Shown here piece by piece: positions 33,601-43,023 of a stretch of 61,270 bases of DNA. The stretch is from Myxococcota bacterium (GTDB taxonomy: Bacteria > Myxococcota_A > SURF-8 > G963663525). The notes beneath the pieces are model-generated. The model saw only the letters and a list, made by a program, of their open reading frames with translations, did not search any database and was not told the DNA's origin. Where the stretch lies: contig CAXXVK010000022.1 in NCBI GenBank assembly GCA_963676915.2, positions 1 to 61,270 of the forward strand, written 5' to 3'. The translations under genes and the position numbers were made by a program. Every line of letters starts with the position of its first letter. Within the stretch, counting starts at the first letter, position 1.

Positions 33601-33806
33601 TGGATTGGGCTTACACGGAAAGCCTGTCGCCCCTGGGAATGTCTCGGTTCGCCCGCTGGATGTCGGTATTGTCCCCCCGGGAAGATGCTGAAGAAAAACG
33701 GGCCGAAGCGTTTTGGCTGGCTGGCGTATATGGAATGGGATTCGTCGGCCTGGTCGTGCTGACGTTGCTTTGGAGACGAAAACGGAAACAGGGCAAGGAA
33801 CGGTAA
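30618..33806 (+). CDS. Large exported helical (TPR-like) protein with C-terminal membrane anchor
   Basis: Long ORF; signal peptide; C-terminal TM helix followed by RRKRK. Start uncertain. Confidence 0.7.
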   Translation: MSRLSVLSLLVTVFLVTPVWANATKTQTPTIDPAKPAQETKAVEPPSPETIRHNLDIFESKHAWLAMAIEARKLETLDPERMHYALFRAYAACGYVAGALGAIEWLDERLSARLSKGGMSDEWEPRIVEMFRFLRQWESSQPWAEKLDHWSHGNPTWVSLRFEWFRWLHWLKGEAVALSALERYEPEPKNIHFGLAYARYLHENGQDGQAHIVVLESLKNADRDDVEIRSKAAKFLLEIGSHRAALRLLKPLVRTPELFEDALENAHEIPGLEENVAAWAKGSVSPAPKKILAAGRYLVSVRQFTEAENLLKKLEGTDFETRLVRIALLRLLADSGADYKKRGEWIKTWGDEATAAFASGLSLENELRLLETFPQTRHKVSAQVKYLQALDRISANEALSLFDRLSLVSSLMDARRVDRAKKLLMSGLDATLSKPGSPPSDAATDEALVWLSAVFRTVEANPDKLPTSSLTNQLKRDLARLVPPPSGRDLSQEDISRHFLTAKLLYDLGDHQQARNRIEALVTPVSVKNDEKNETKPAPQKVENWRPDPLDTAVLLSTMTQRFVIKPEWEEAIETTEDFDRLILRWRLWLICGRIEQAQNTHYLLRQNLSDAPLLARRLSAAFQQVVSDLTFSHRKPPVILDVGLMHLYHAVRLARLEPSWNRMEEIALLVNLQGDPRIDDPMQARRFRLALWTMEGEIEEWIFKRFNLPSKGSGNSEMKPDVKYWELYELIMQLENTDYLEVLSDSVPINGDDPKMGWEVVQALGLRYTEQENDFFKRLEPWMDSVEDAELLLNAALLVDAMIDRQADALETFRSSWITRKNWLEKAEKRLEKLVPEIVPKGQLVLERDPRIHDHAAREMKKQLETNADALLLCFQKHGGDRRMEFRLDLSCTSEGLPDRLLFRDLEKDEYPVRTCLEPLIHAMHFEKVEPPFGFTRVMFEWTPTGGEGQSLRFQSSIDAARSRLNRDAKDWKQRLSLKEADIERLEETKARLLDWAYTESLSPLGMSRFARWMSVLSPREDAEEKRAEAFWLAGVYGMGFVGLVVLTLLWRRKRKQGKER

Positions 33807-33848
33807 ATACCCGATAATCATTCAAACGACCGTAACGGAGAGCCTCGG

Positions 33849-34322
33849 ATGATCGACGCATTCGAAAACGAAACTTTTTTGAAATCGCTGAAAAAAGAAA
33901 TGGACGCCTGCGAGATGGCGTTGGAGGCCGTAGGTCTGGCCATGCGGCGTATTTCCGAGGCGTTGCCTTATTACAAATGGATCGGCGTGTACTGGCTCAA
34001 AGGCGACACCCTGCGTCTTGGTCCCTATGTCGGCGCTAAAACCGAGCACACCCGGATTGTGGTCGGCGAGGGAGTTTGTGGAACCGCCGTGAAGGAAAAC
34101 GCCAACCAGATCGTTGGAGACGTTCGTCAGCGGGAAAACTACCTGGCGTGCAGCCTGGACGTTCGTTCGGAAATCGTCGTGCTGATCCGCGACGACAACG
34201 GCAAGATCCTGGGGCAGATCGACGCCGACGGCCACGATGTTGAGGTCTTCGATGAGCGCGATGAAACGCTTTTGACCGAGGTTGCCCATTTGATTGCGAA
34301 AACTCTGCCGCAAGTGGGATAA
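33849..34322 (+). CDS. GAF domain protein (fRMsr/MsrC-like)
   Basis: WIGVY, LGPYVG, GEGVCGTA, YLACS...SEIVV, QIDAD. Confidence 0.88.
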   Translation: MIDAFENETFLKSLKKEMDACEMALEAVGLAMRRISEALPYYKWIGVYWLKGDTLRLGPYVGAKTEHTRIVVGEGVCGTAVKENANQIVGDVRQRENYLACSLDVRSEIVVLIRDDNGKILGQIDADGHDVEVFDERDETLLTEVAHLIAKTLPQVG

Positions 34323-34379
34323 CGTATCATTTTTTCCGACAAACGAAGTTTCATGTAAAAAATCTATGCTCCCAAATTA

Positions 34380-34583
34380 CGGGTGCATCACAAAATAAAG
34401 CGACTTTCGTAAAATCCTCTTTTTTCGTAGCGGCGAGGCGTAAGCCCGCCGTTTTTACCTTTTGAAGGTTGCTTTTATACCCCCAATCTCCCTTTTCGGC
34501 GGGCTTACGCCTCGCCGCTACAACCAAATGAATGGATGATTCAATATTATTGGGCCAATTCGCACCATTTTGTGATGCACCCC
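34380..34583. mobile_element. MITE-like element copy 2 (inverted relative to copy 1)
   Basis: Near-identical reverse complement of 11931-12133 with the same TIRs; TSD degenerate or unclear. Confidence 0.85.
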
Positions 34584-34720
34584 CATATTCCGGGAGTTAT
34601 GGAAAACACTTGCAAATCTCTCCAAAAAAGGAAAAAATAGGCCGCTCGGGACTACGAACGGGACGGGGTTAGGTATTCCCGAACGAGGAGTTCCCGCCCG
34701 TGAGCGATGGAGAGATTGTT

Positions 34721-36559
34721 ATGACGCGAAATCGATGGGTTCTGGCGATGGGGATCGTCTGGGTGATGGTTTGCCTTCTTTCCTGTACGGACGAAAGCGG
34801 CACGCAGTCGCAACCCTGTCTGACCAACAGCGACTGCCCGGATTTTTATTATTGTAATCCTATGATCGGCAAATGCATTTTTTCGGGCAATGAATGCGAA
34901 CAAAGCGAAGACTGTCCAGACGGTTACAACTGCCTTGGCGGTGCCTGTATCGTAAACGGTGGGGACGATCCCATTTACGTGCTGCCGGACGAGGACGAAC
35001 AAACCCCTCCCGCCGATACGGACGTCAACGAATCCCACGAGACAGGTGAAAAGGACCAAGACGACCCTGCCGAAATCGATCAGGACAAGGCAGAGGTTGA
35101 AGACCGTATCGAACTTGTCGAAGTAGACGATCCCTGGGAATGTACACGTCACGCGGACTGTCCGAACTTCCCCGACGCCTATTGCGACCGCGACGAGCAT
35201 ATCTGTGTCGATACCTTCCCCGATGGAGACGAAGACGACGAGCAAGACATCGTTGAAATTGCTGAGGAAATCGAAGCCGATTCCGATCCTGATCTTGACC
35301 CGGAGACGGATGTTTTCGAAGAAGATGCAGACGAGCAGGAACTTGCCGACGAAGGCATTGAAAATGACACAGAGGATGAATCCGAAGAAGAAATCGAGGA
35401 GGACGAATCCTCGTCCTGCCCGCTGCTTCCCGAAGGAAAATGCGTGGGCAACATCAATTTCTGGTGCGAAGGCGATGAAACGATGCAGGAAGACTGCACC
35501 GACTCCGACAGGCTCTGCGGTCTGGCCGATGATGGCCGTTACCGTTGTTTGGGACAACGTGGCGACGACTGCGACGACGTGGAAGATTTCTGCGTGCCGG
35601 GACTGGAGTGCGAAGAAGGACTTTGCGGAGGGCTGGAGCGCGATTGCGAAAGTCTGGAAAGCCTGTCAAATCAAACGGTTACATCCAGCACGAGCGGGGA
35701 GTTGTCGGTCGTCGATCAGGCGTCCTGTCTTGCAACTGCCACCCCCGGAACCGAGCGCGTCTACCGCATTTCATTGGAAAGTCACCAAGGCGTTTTCGCC
35801 CGACTCGAACCCCATAGCGGAACAGGCGCCGCCTTGTATCTGCTCCAGGATTGCAACGACGGAACGACCTGCCCTGCGGGAGTCGATCTCGTAACGGGCG
35901 ATAAGCCGGAGTTGCGCTATTCTCCCGGAGTGGCGGGAACGTATTACCTGATGGTGGATTCGTCGGGTCTGGACGGTTTCGATTTCGATTTGACGGTGGA
36001 CATCGGTCACAAAAAGTGTATTTCGGCTCAACTGCTGCCTCAACAGGATACGGAAGTCAGCGACCGGACCGACGGCGAAGATTTCAATCCCGGCAGTGGG
36101 GGCTGCGACGAAGGAACCGGCGGAAGCACGCCGGGCGACGATACCGTGTACCGCTTCAAAGTCGGGGCGGGTCAGATCGTGGATGTCCGCTTGGAAGCCA
36201 CGGGTTTCGCCGACGTGGTGTTGATGATCCGTGAGGATTGTCAAGATGATACGCACTGCGTCGGACGCGACGTATTCGTCAGCAGCGATTCGACCGACCG
36301 GGAATATGAAGAAGTACGGATCGAATCGACCTCCGATACCGACACCTATTATTACGCCGTGCTCGACACCCGCAACTCCTTCGATTTCGGGTACAACTTC
36401 GAGTTGGATTACGATCCGTCCAGCGGCTGCGACGAACCGCAAACCGCCGCCCTCACCAACCCCGACAGCGTGTCGTTCCAGGGACTTGCCGGGTACCTCG
36501 CCCTGCTCGGATTGTGGTTTGTGGGAAGGCTGGCGCTTCGGAGATCCAAAGAAAAATAG
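34721..36559 (+). CDS. Cys-rich, acidic surface lipoprotein with two PPC-like domains and a MYXO-CTERM-like tail
   Basis: Lipobox LLSC; CxxxxDC repeats; D/E linker; GTYYLMVD and YYYAVLD; SSGC + TM helix + RRSKEK. Confidence 0.75.
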   Translation: MTRNRWVLAMGIVWVMVCLLSCTDESGTQSQPCLTNSDCPDFYYCNPMIGKCIFSGNECEQSEDCPDGYNCLGGACIVNGGDDPIYVLPDEDEQTPPADTDVNESHETGEKDQDDPAEIDQDKAEVEDRIELVEVDDPWECTRHADCPNFPDAYCDRDEHICVDTFPDGDEDDEQDIVEIAEEIEADSDPDLDPETDVFEEDADEQELADEGIENDTEDESEEEIEEDESSSCPLLPEGKCVGNINFWCEGDETMQEDCTDSDRLCGLADDGRYRCLGQRGDDCDDVEDFCVPGLECEEGLCGGLERDCESLESLSNQTVTSSTSGELSVVDQASCLATATPGTERVYRISLESHQGVFARLEPHSGTGAALYLLQDCNDGTTCPAGVDLVTGDKPELRYSPGVAGTYYLMVDSSGLDGFDFDLTVDIGHKKCISAQLLPQQDTEVSDRTDGEDFNPGSGGCDEGTGGSTPGDDTVYRFKVGAGQIVDVRLEATGFADVVLMIREDCQDDTHCVGRDVFVSSDSTDREYEEVRIESTSDTDTYYYAVLDTRNSFDFGYNFELDYDPSSGCDEPQTAALTNPDSVSFQGLAGYLALLGLWFVGRLALRRSKEK

Positions 36560-36693
36560 CAGAGGGAATCCGAATAAGGTGTCGGGTTGAAAGCCATCCT
36601 AGGCCGTGTCGTCACATGTTATGTAACCAAACAGTAAGTCTCCGTTTTTATTGGTATTTTGTATATCCAAGGTGTTCCATGCAAAACCTGTCC

Positions 36694-36808
36694 GATGGAC
36701 GAGAGGATTGTATCCCCGTCCGCATGGTTCTCCTCAAAACAAAACGCGAGGAGCAGGATACAATCCTGCTCCATCTGTAACCCGCATTGTCGGGCAAGAA
36801 ATTTTCCC
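36694..36808. repeat. Repeat family C doublet plus adjacent family A half
   Basis: GATGGACGAGAGGATTGTATCCCCGTCC..GGAGCAGGATACAATCCTGCTCCATC, then ATTGTCGGGCAAGAAATT. Confidence 0.75.
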
Positions 36809-36974
36809 AACGCGATATATTTTCGATACCTGATAACGAAATGGGATTCAAATCCTCAATTTTGGAAAATTGGAGAAGATTCTGCCGCTCTATGACATTG
36901 ACTTGTAAAAAACTAGCAGGTAGCGTGAAAGTAGCGTAAGAAAGGGTGTTCGAATGAATTGTCGGAGAAACGAT

Positions 36975-37874
36975 ATGGTACGCTATTTGATTTCGATGTT
37001 TATGATTTTCTTGGTATTTTCTCTTACCGGATGCTTTGGTGAAGATGACGGCACCACGTTTATCGATCCCTCGGGGGACTCCGAGGAAAGTGAAGCCGAT
37101 GAATCGCCGTATATTCCCTGGGGTGAGGCGGACGAAGACATCATCGAATGGGGAGAAGAAGAAACCGAGGAAAGCGACGAGTTCGTAGCAGGCGCGCTCG
37201 ATCCGAGCTGTTCGCATTTCGATCCTTCGGACGAGTTGAGGATTCTGGCCTGCAAAATGCTCAATTATATCAACCAAGATCGCACGATGTTTCCCGAGGA
37301 AAGTGGCAACGCCGGACGGCTGGTCTGGGACGAGGAAATGTACCCCGTCGCGCTGGCCCATTCGCAGGATATGTGCGACCGGGACTTTTTCGCCCATGTA
37401 AACCCTGACGGATTGGACCCCTTCGACCGTATGGATGCAGGAGGAGTGACCTACTTCGCCGCCGGGGAAAACATCGCCTGGACGCCGTTTCCGATCGATT
37501 CGCAGTACCGCTTCATGGCAGAGTGCATTTGCGATTCCCATGGCAACCACCGTTCTAACTGCCTCAGCCCGTATTTTACCCGCGTCGGAATCGGTATCGT
37601 CAAGTGCGGCGATCCCGTAGGTGGCGTGTATTATCACTACATTACGCAAAACTACCGCGCCTTGACGACGGAACAGGCCTCGTACGAAATCCCCTATTGC
37701 GACGAGGATGCCAACATCAGTGCGTACTGGACGGAACCCGCCTCCAGCGTGACGCCCGATCCCTACTTCGGACTTCAGGATCGCGACCAGGATGGGTACA
37801 CGACCTGTGAAGGCGAAGCCACCGCCAGAAGCTTCGAAAACCATTCCGCCGTGTTTTTCAAACGAGAGTTTTAG
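36975..37874 (+). CDS. CAP/SCP domain lipoprotein
   Basis: Lipobox LTGC; INQDR, AHSQDM...FFAHVNPDG, AGENIA, HRSN.L, VGIG. Confidence 0.88.
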   Translation: MVRYLISMFMIFLVFSLTGCFGEDDGTTFIDPSGDSEESEADESPYIPWGEADEDIIEWGEEETEESDEFVAGALDPSCSHFDPSDELRILACKMLNYINQDRTMFPEESGNAGRLVWDEEMYPVALAHSQDMCDRDFFAHVNPDGLDPFDRMDAGGVTYFAAGENIAWTPFPIDSQYRFMAECICDSHGNHRSNCLSPYFTRVGIGIVKCGDPVGGVYYHYITQNYRALTTEQASYEIPYCDEDANISAYWTEPASSVTPDPYFGLQDRDQDGYTTCEGEATARSFENHSAVFFKREF

Positions 37875-38071
37875 CAAAGAATTCAAACATTTAACCATCG
37901 TTTGACTTTTTTATCGGAATTCTCTAAAGTATTGCTCCCTTTTGCTTCGGTCTCGGTCCGAGGTGACGAGTTCGCCCGATGCCACCGTCAACCTCATCGA
38001 CCTTTCCCGAAGCCTGGATTCGCCCGAACGCACACGCCACGCGAAACGCGGGCCAAGTGAGGAGTTCGTTC

Positions 38072-38470
38072 ATGCAGCGCATCATGTTGAAGTCAAAAAT
38101 TCATCGCGCCACCGTCACCCACGCCGATCTCGATTACGAGGGATCGATCACCATCGATCAAAACCTGATGGAGGCCGCCGATCTCGTGGACAACGAGCAG
38201 GTTCACGTCTGGAACGTCACCCGAGGCACCCGGCTCGAAACCTACACCATCACCGGAGAACGCGGTTCGGGAGAAATCTGTCTCAATGGTGCAGCAGCCC
38301 ACCTGATGAAGCCGGACGACCTCGTGATCATCGCTTCGTTCGTCAACCTCGATGCGGAAGAAGCCGCCGGTTGGAAACCGAAACTGGTTTTCGTGGACGA
38401 AAACAACCGCATCAAGGATATGGGCCGCGATCACGAAATACCGGGACCAAGGTTGGTCAAAAACCTGTAA
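38072..38470 (+). CDS. panD: Aspartate 1-decarboxylase
   Basis: [32 protein letters not shown]. Confidence 0.97.
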   Translation: MQRIMLKSKIHRATVTHADLDYEGSITIDQNLMEAADLVDNEQVHVWNVTRGTRLETYTITGERGSGEICLNGAAAHLMKPDDLVIIASFVNLDAEEAAGWKPKLVFVDENNRIKDMGRDHEIPGPRLVKNL

Positions 38471-38691
38471 AAACGAACGATTTTTTGTAAAAATCATCTC
38501 TTTCACTCTGATATCACCCCTGTTCCGGTACTTCCGAAACAGGGGTATTTTTTTCGCTTTCCTCACAAGTTCCTTCTTTGTTTTTCCAACGTGTTTTCCT
38601 TCGCATGGGAAAAACCCTTGGCCGAATGGTTGATTTTTTTCAACGTAAACGATATAATGAATATATTTCTAATATGGAAAAGAGATGCAAA

Positions 38692-39105
38692 ATGTCCATG
38701 CCATTTAGTAAAGAACTTCGCTGTCTGATCGAAGAAGCCTTTGACCTTGCCGACCGTCAACGTCGCGAAATCAACAGCCTGCATTTGTTTCTTGCCTCGA
38801 TGATGACGACCAATCCCGGCATGACGCTGCTGAAGTCGATGGGCTACTCCGAAGACGATTTCCTGCCTTTCGTGTCGGCGAAACTCGTCGAAGAACCTTC
38901 ATTGGCCGAAGATGTCCTCGACGAAGCCGAGCGCGTTGCAAAATCGCACGGAAGTCCTGCCGTGGATAGCCTGCACATGCTGCTGGGAATCGTCGAGCGG
39001 AAACAGTCGCTGGCCTATCGACTGCTGGAACGTGCCGGGGTGCCGCTACAGGATTTCTCATCGAACCTCTGTGCCGACATCCACACCCGCGTCCTGTTTC
39101 AGTAG
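38692..39105 (+). CDS. Stand-alone Clp N-terminal domain protein
   Basis: Aligns by eye with the N-domain of the next gene (EEAxxLAD..QRE..SLHLFL, MGY.ED.FLP, PSLA.DVL.EAE). Confidence 0.8.
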   Translation: MSMPFSKELRCLIEEAFDLADRQRREINSLHLFLASMMTTNPGMTLLKSMGYSEDDFLPFVSAKLVEEPSLAEDVLDEAERVAKSHGSPAVDSLHMLLGIVERKQSLAYRLLERAGVPLQDFSSNLCADIHTRVLFQ

Positions 39106-39255
39106 GTTGAACCGACATTGAAACAATGACGGTTTTAAGGAATCACAACGCCGGATTCGTAGAAAGTAAGCATGGCATTCGGATGAAGATCATTGCATTT
39201 TTTAGTCCACTGAGTATAATTAATTTCGTTCTTCATTTGCGGAAAGATTCACGAG

Positions 39256-41628
39256 ATGCCTCGACCCTATAGCCCAGAACTACATTTCGTCGTCGAAGAA
39301 GCGATTCACCTGGCCGACCAGCAACAGCGTGAACCTACGAGCCTGCATCTGTTTCTCTCGGCGTTGATGGTTCCCAACTCCTGCCTGATGCTGATCGAAG
39401 ACATGGGCTATACCGAGGACCATTTTCTACCCTATATTCACCCGTCGATCGTGGAAAATCCCTCCTTGGCGGATGACGTACTCAACGAGGCGGAAGCCGT
39501 CGCCGACATGCACCGCAGCCGGGAGGTCAACTGCCTTCATCTACTGATCGGTTTTTTACGGATGCGCAACTGTCTGGCGCGTCAATTGATGGCCAAAGCC
39601 AATGTATCGTTCGGAAAGCTTCGCACGAAAGCGATTGCGATGATGAACGACAAAATGCCTGCCCGTTATCGTAAACTTTTCGATGACAACAGGCGAAACC
39701 AGGAAAAAATGCTCGAAGCCGCCCGACTCCAAGGAGCGGGTACGCCTTCGGCACCTCGTTCTTCGGTCGGACCGAATCGGCAACCCGGACGAAATCCTCA
39801 ATCCGCACAAGCACCGAATCCTCAGAACAACGGAGCGCTTTTACCGTATCTGACACAAGATCTGACCGCGTGGGCCGCCCAGGGAAAATTGGACGAGGTC
39901 ATCGGCCGCGACAACGAGTTGTCCGAGCTGATGGACATTCTCAACAAGCGACGCGCCAACAATGCCCTGGTGGTCGGAGAACCCGGCATCGGCAAAACAA
40001 GCCTCGTTCATGGATTGGCCTTGCAGGCGGCACGTGAAGACTGCCAGTTGCCCGGACTCCAAGGTCGCCGGATTCTGGAGCTGGATCTTTCCACATTGAC
40101 CCAGGGAACCGGCATGCGGGGGGCGCTTTCAGAGCGAATTTCCCAGTTAAAACAAGAGGTTCGGCAAGCTCGCCACGACGTGGTGATTTTCCTGGACAAC
40201 CTGCACCACCTTTTCGGTTTCAACGTCGATGGACTCAACGATTTCGTGCAGGATATCAAATCGGCGCTGGATGCCGGGGAATTCCCCTGCATTGCCACGA
40301 CCACTCCCAGGGATTTGCGAGACATCCGTGAGCAGGCTCCGGCTTTCGTGCGCTGTTTTCATCCGTTGGAATTGAAAGAACCGAACCCGGACGCCACTTT
40401 CGAAATCCTCAACCGTTTGGTGCCGGAATTCGAAGGCCATCATAACGTCACCTACAGCGCTGAAGTGCAGTGGGCGGCGATTCAGCTTTCCAACCGCTAC
40501 CTCAAAGAACAACACCAGCCGGACAAGGCGCTGTCGCTGATCGATTTCGCCGGTAGCCGCGCCCAACGCGAACAGCGCAGTGAAGTCACGGTGGAAGATG
40601 TCGCCGAGCGCGTACACCGACTGACCGCCGTTCCGATGTCTCAACTCGTTCTGAGCGACACCGAACGTTACCTTTCGCTGGCCTCCCGTCTATCGAAGCG
40701 AATCGTCGGCCACGAGCAGGCACTCGAAAATATTTCTCGCGTGCTGCAACGCAACGCCGCCGGATTCGCGGGGGATCGCCCCATCGGTAGTTTCCTCTTC
40801 GCCGGTCCCACCGGTGTGGGAAAAACCGAAGTCGCCCGTGCCTTGGCCATGGAACTGTTCGACTCGCCCGACGCCATGTTACGCTACGACATGAGCGAGT
40901 TTTCCGAGGCCCATTCCACCTCGAAACTTATCGGCGCGCCACCGGGTTACGTCGGTTACCGGGAAGGCGGCTCGCTGGTCGATACCGTGCGCCAAAAACC
41001 TTTCCAGTTGATATTGTTCGATGAATTCGAGAAATGCCACCCGGACGTGCAGCAGATTCTATTGCAATTGCTCGATGCGGGCCGCTTGACGGATTCTCAC
41101 GGAAAAACCACCGATTTCACCCATACCGTAGTGATCATGACTTCTAACCTCGGTGTCGAAGCCTTCGAGCGGACGGAAAAAAGCATCGGTTTCATGGGTA
41201 GCGCTCCCGATAAAAAGGACACCGAACGACAGGTCATCGAAATCGTGCGGCGCTCCATCTCCCCCGAATTGTTCAACCGGATCGATGAAAAATTCGTCTT
41301 CGGCCGCCTGAGTAAGGACGAAGTAGCTCATATCGCCCGTCTGCAACTGGAACAAAGCGCCGAAAAACTCTGGCGAGAACGACGGATCGAACTGGACTTC
41401 GACCCGGAGGTTTTCGAACATCTGGTGTCCAACGGCGGCTGGGACCCCCGCTACGGTGCGCGCCCGATGCGGCGGACCATCCAAAACCTCGTCGAAGCGC
41501 CCCTGTCGAACATGATTCTCAAGGGAGAAGTGCAGGAAAACGACGCAATTCGCCTCCGGCCGGTCGACGACGGCTTTTACTTCGTCCGCCTCAAGGGAAA
41601 TTTTCGAAAAACCGCCGCCATGAATTAA
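39256..41628 (+). CDS. Clp protease ATP-binding subunit (ClpA/ClpC-like)
   Basis: N-domain; GEPGIGKT; GPTGVGKT; DMSEF, LIGAPPGYVG, LFDEFEK; IGF loop; GARP. Confidence 0.92.
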   Translation: MPRPYSPELHFVVEEAIHLADQQQREPTSLHLFLSALMVPNSCLMLIEDMGYTEDHFLPYIHPSIVENPSLADDVLNEAEAVADMHRSREVNCLHLLIGFLRMRNCLARQLMAKANVSFGKLRTKAIAMMNDKMPARYRKLFDDNRRNQEKMLEAARLQGAGTPSAPRSSVGPNRQPGRNPQSAQAPNPQNNGALLPYLTQDLTAWAAQGKLDEVIGRDNELSELMDILNKRRANNALVVGEPGIGKTSLVHGLALQAAREDCQLPGLQGRRILELDLSTLTQGTGMRGALSERISQLKQEVRQARHDVVIFLDNLHHLFGFNVDGLNDFVQDIKSALDAGEFPCIATTTPRDLRDIREQAPAFVRCFHPLELKEPNPDATFEILNRLVPEFEGHHNVTYSAEVQWAAIQLSNRYLKEQHQPDKALSLIDFAGSRAQREQRSEVTVEDVAERVHRLTAVPMSQLVLSDTERYLSLASRLSKRIVGHEQALENISRVLQRNAAGFAGDRPIGSFLFAGPTGVGKTEVARALAMELFDSPDAMLRYDMSEFSEAHSTSKLIGAPPGYVGYREGGSLVDTVRQKPFQLILFDEFEKCHPDVQQILLQLLDAGRLTDSHGKTTDFTHTVVIMTSNLGVEAFERTEKSIGFMGSAPDKKDTERQVIEIVRRSISPELFNRIDEKFVFGRLSKDEVAHIARLQLEQSAEKLWRERRIELDFDPEVFEHLVSNGGWDPRYGARPMRRTIQNLVEAPLSNMILKGEVQENDAIRLRPVDDGFYFVRLKGNFRKTAAMN

Positions 41629-41644
41629 ACAGATCCTAAGACAA

Positions 41645-41721
41645 GTAGTAGTAGTAGAAGTAGGTCGGGCTAATTTTTAGCCCGACACCTTGGTATTGTC
41701 GGGCAAGAAATGTGCCCGACC
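41645..41721. repeat. REP family A doublet preceded by a (GTA)4 tract
   Basis: GTAGTAGTAGTAG AA GTAGGTCGGGCTAATTTTTAGCCCGACA..TGTCGGGCAAGAAATGTGCCCGACC. Confidence 0.85.
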
Positions 41722-41802
41722 GCGAGATGTTCTCGATACTTGATAGCGAAATGCTATAAACAGCATCGCAAACATGGTTAAACCGTAAAAAACGCTATGT
41801 TT

Positions 41803-42711
41803 TTACTGCCGTTTTTGAAGCTCGTCATGAACTTCCGGGTAGAGTTCGGCGAAACATTCAGGACATATGCTGTGGCTGAAATCGGCTTCGGAATGATCCG
41901 AAATATATTGTTCCAATTGCTGCCAATAGCCATCGTCATCCCGAATTTTCTTGCATTCCGCACAAATCGGCAAAATACCGTGAAGCTGTTTGACTTGTTT
42001 CAAGCTCGACTGCAGCTCCTCATACAAAGCGTTTTTTTCTTCAAGCTGTTGGCGGATGATTTCTCGCTCTCGATAAAATACGGAAAGAAAGACAATCACC
42101 AAAAGCAGAACGACCGTAAGACTGAAGGGAAGCAAACTATGTAAAATCAAATGGTTATACCAGTCTCTCGCCATAATATCCATGCCCAGAACCGCAACCA
42201 GTTCTTTGGTTTCCGGATGCAGAATAGGAATCAGGCTTGTTACGAGAGTTCCCCAGCGATCCGTCACCGGACCCACCATGTCCGCTTTTTTCGTTTTGAA
42301 AACCTGAAGATATTCCTTGGATACCTCATCGTATACGAGTCCTGGAGGGGCGTAGGATTCCGAATTCGGGGCCTGAGCATCCATGAAGAAATACACGTCC
42401 CCGGTATCTTTTTGTCCGAGAAGATACAAAAAGGTGCAATTGGGATCGGTCATTCGAATGGTCATCAACTGCTGTTTGATATGAAGATAGGCCGTTTTTT
42501 CGAGATCTAACGGGCTTCCTTTCAGACCGGAAAGTTGTGCGGGATCGAGCAATTCGGCCACCAACCAGGCTTTTTCCAACGCTTCGTTCTTCATGAGCGT
42601 TTTCGTGTTCCACCATGTAATAGAGGTGGAAGCAAAACCAACGATAAAAATAACAACAATAAGAAGTGAAATCGGTTTGGTGCTGTTTTTCATGATCCGC
42701 TGCTGTTTCAC
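41803..42711 (-). CDS. Membrane sensor (2 TM, Cache-like periplasmic domain) with C-terminal Cys/His domain
   Basis: TDRWG..V..L.PI..VAVLGMD; LPICAECKKIRDD.GYW..FSHSICPEC. Confidence 0.8.
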   Translation of the reverse strand: MKQQRIMKNSTKPISLLIVVIFIVGFASTSITWWNTKTLMKNEALEKAWLVAELLDPAQLSGLKGSPLDLEKTAYLHIKQQLMTIRMTDPNCTFLYLLGQKDTGDVYFFMDAQAPNSESYAPPGLVYDEVSKEYLQVFKTKKADMVGPVTDRWGTLVTSLIPILHPETKELVAVLGMDIMARDWYNHLILHSLLPFSLTVVLLLVIVFLSVFYREREIIRQQLEEKNALYEELQSSLKQVKQLHGILPICAECKKIRDDDGYWQQLEQYISDHSEADFSHSICPECFAELYPEVHDELQKRQ

Positions 42712-43023
42712 GATATCCTGCTCATGTTTTCTTCCTTAAACGTATTTTTACGATGATATTTGCACGATCATCACTGTCGATTTGGACAACCTCACAATGA
42801 ATACACCTGATTATCGCAATAATACTATTGTTTCCAGTAATATTTATCTACAAGAATACCACCCGTTCAATACAAATTCATCACAAAATGACTTGTATTT
42901 TCCCTGTTTCGCAGACTTACGGACTCTTTGTAGAAAATCCGACTTTTTACCGCGACCACATTGCGTTAGTTTTTGATTAGCCTTATGTTAATTCGATATT
43001 GTTTGTGTTTTAAGGAGCGTACT

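Noticed and set aside
11931-34583. Composite transposon or invertible segment bounded by the two inverted MITE copies
   Set aside because: Copy 1 has its own TSD on both sides, which indicates independent insertion, and the enclosed genes are mostly housekeeping.
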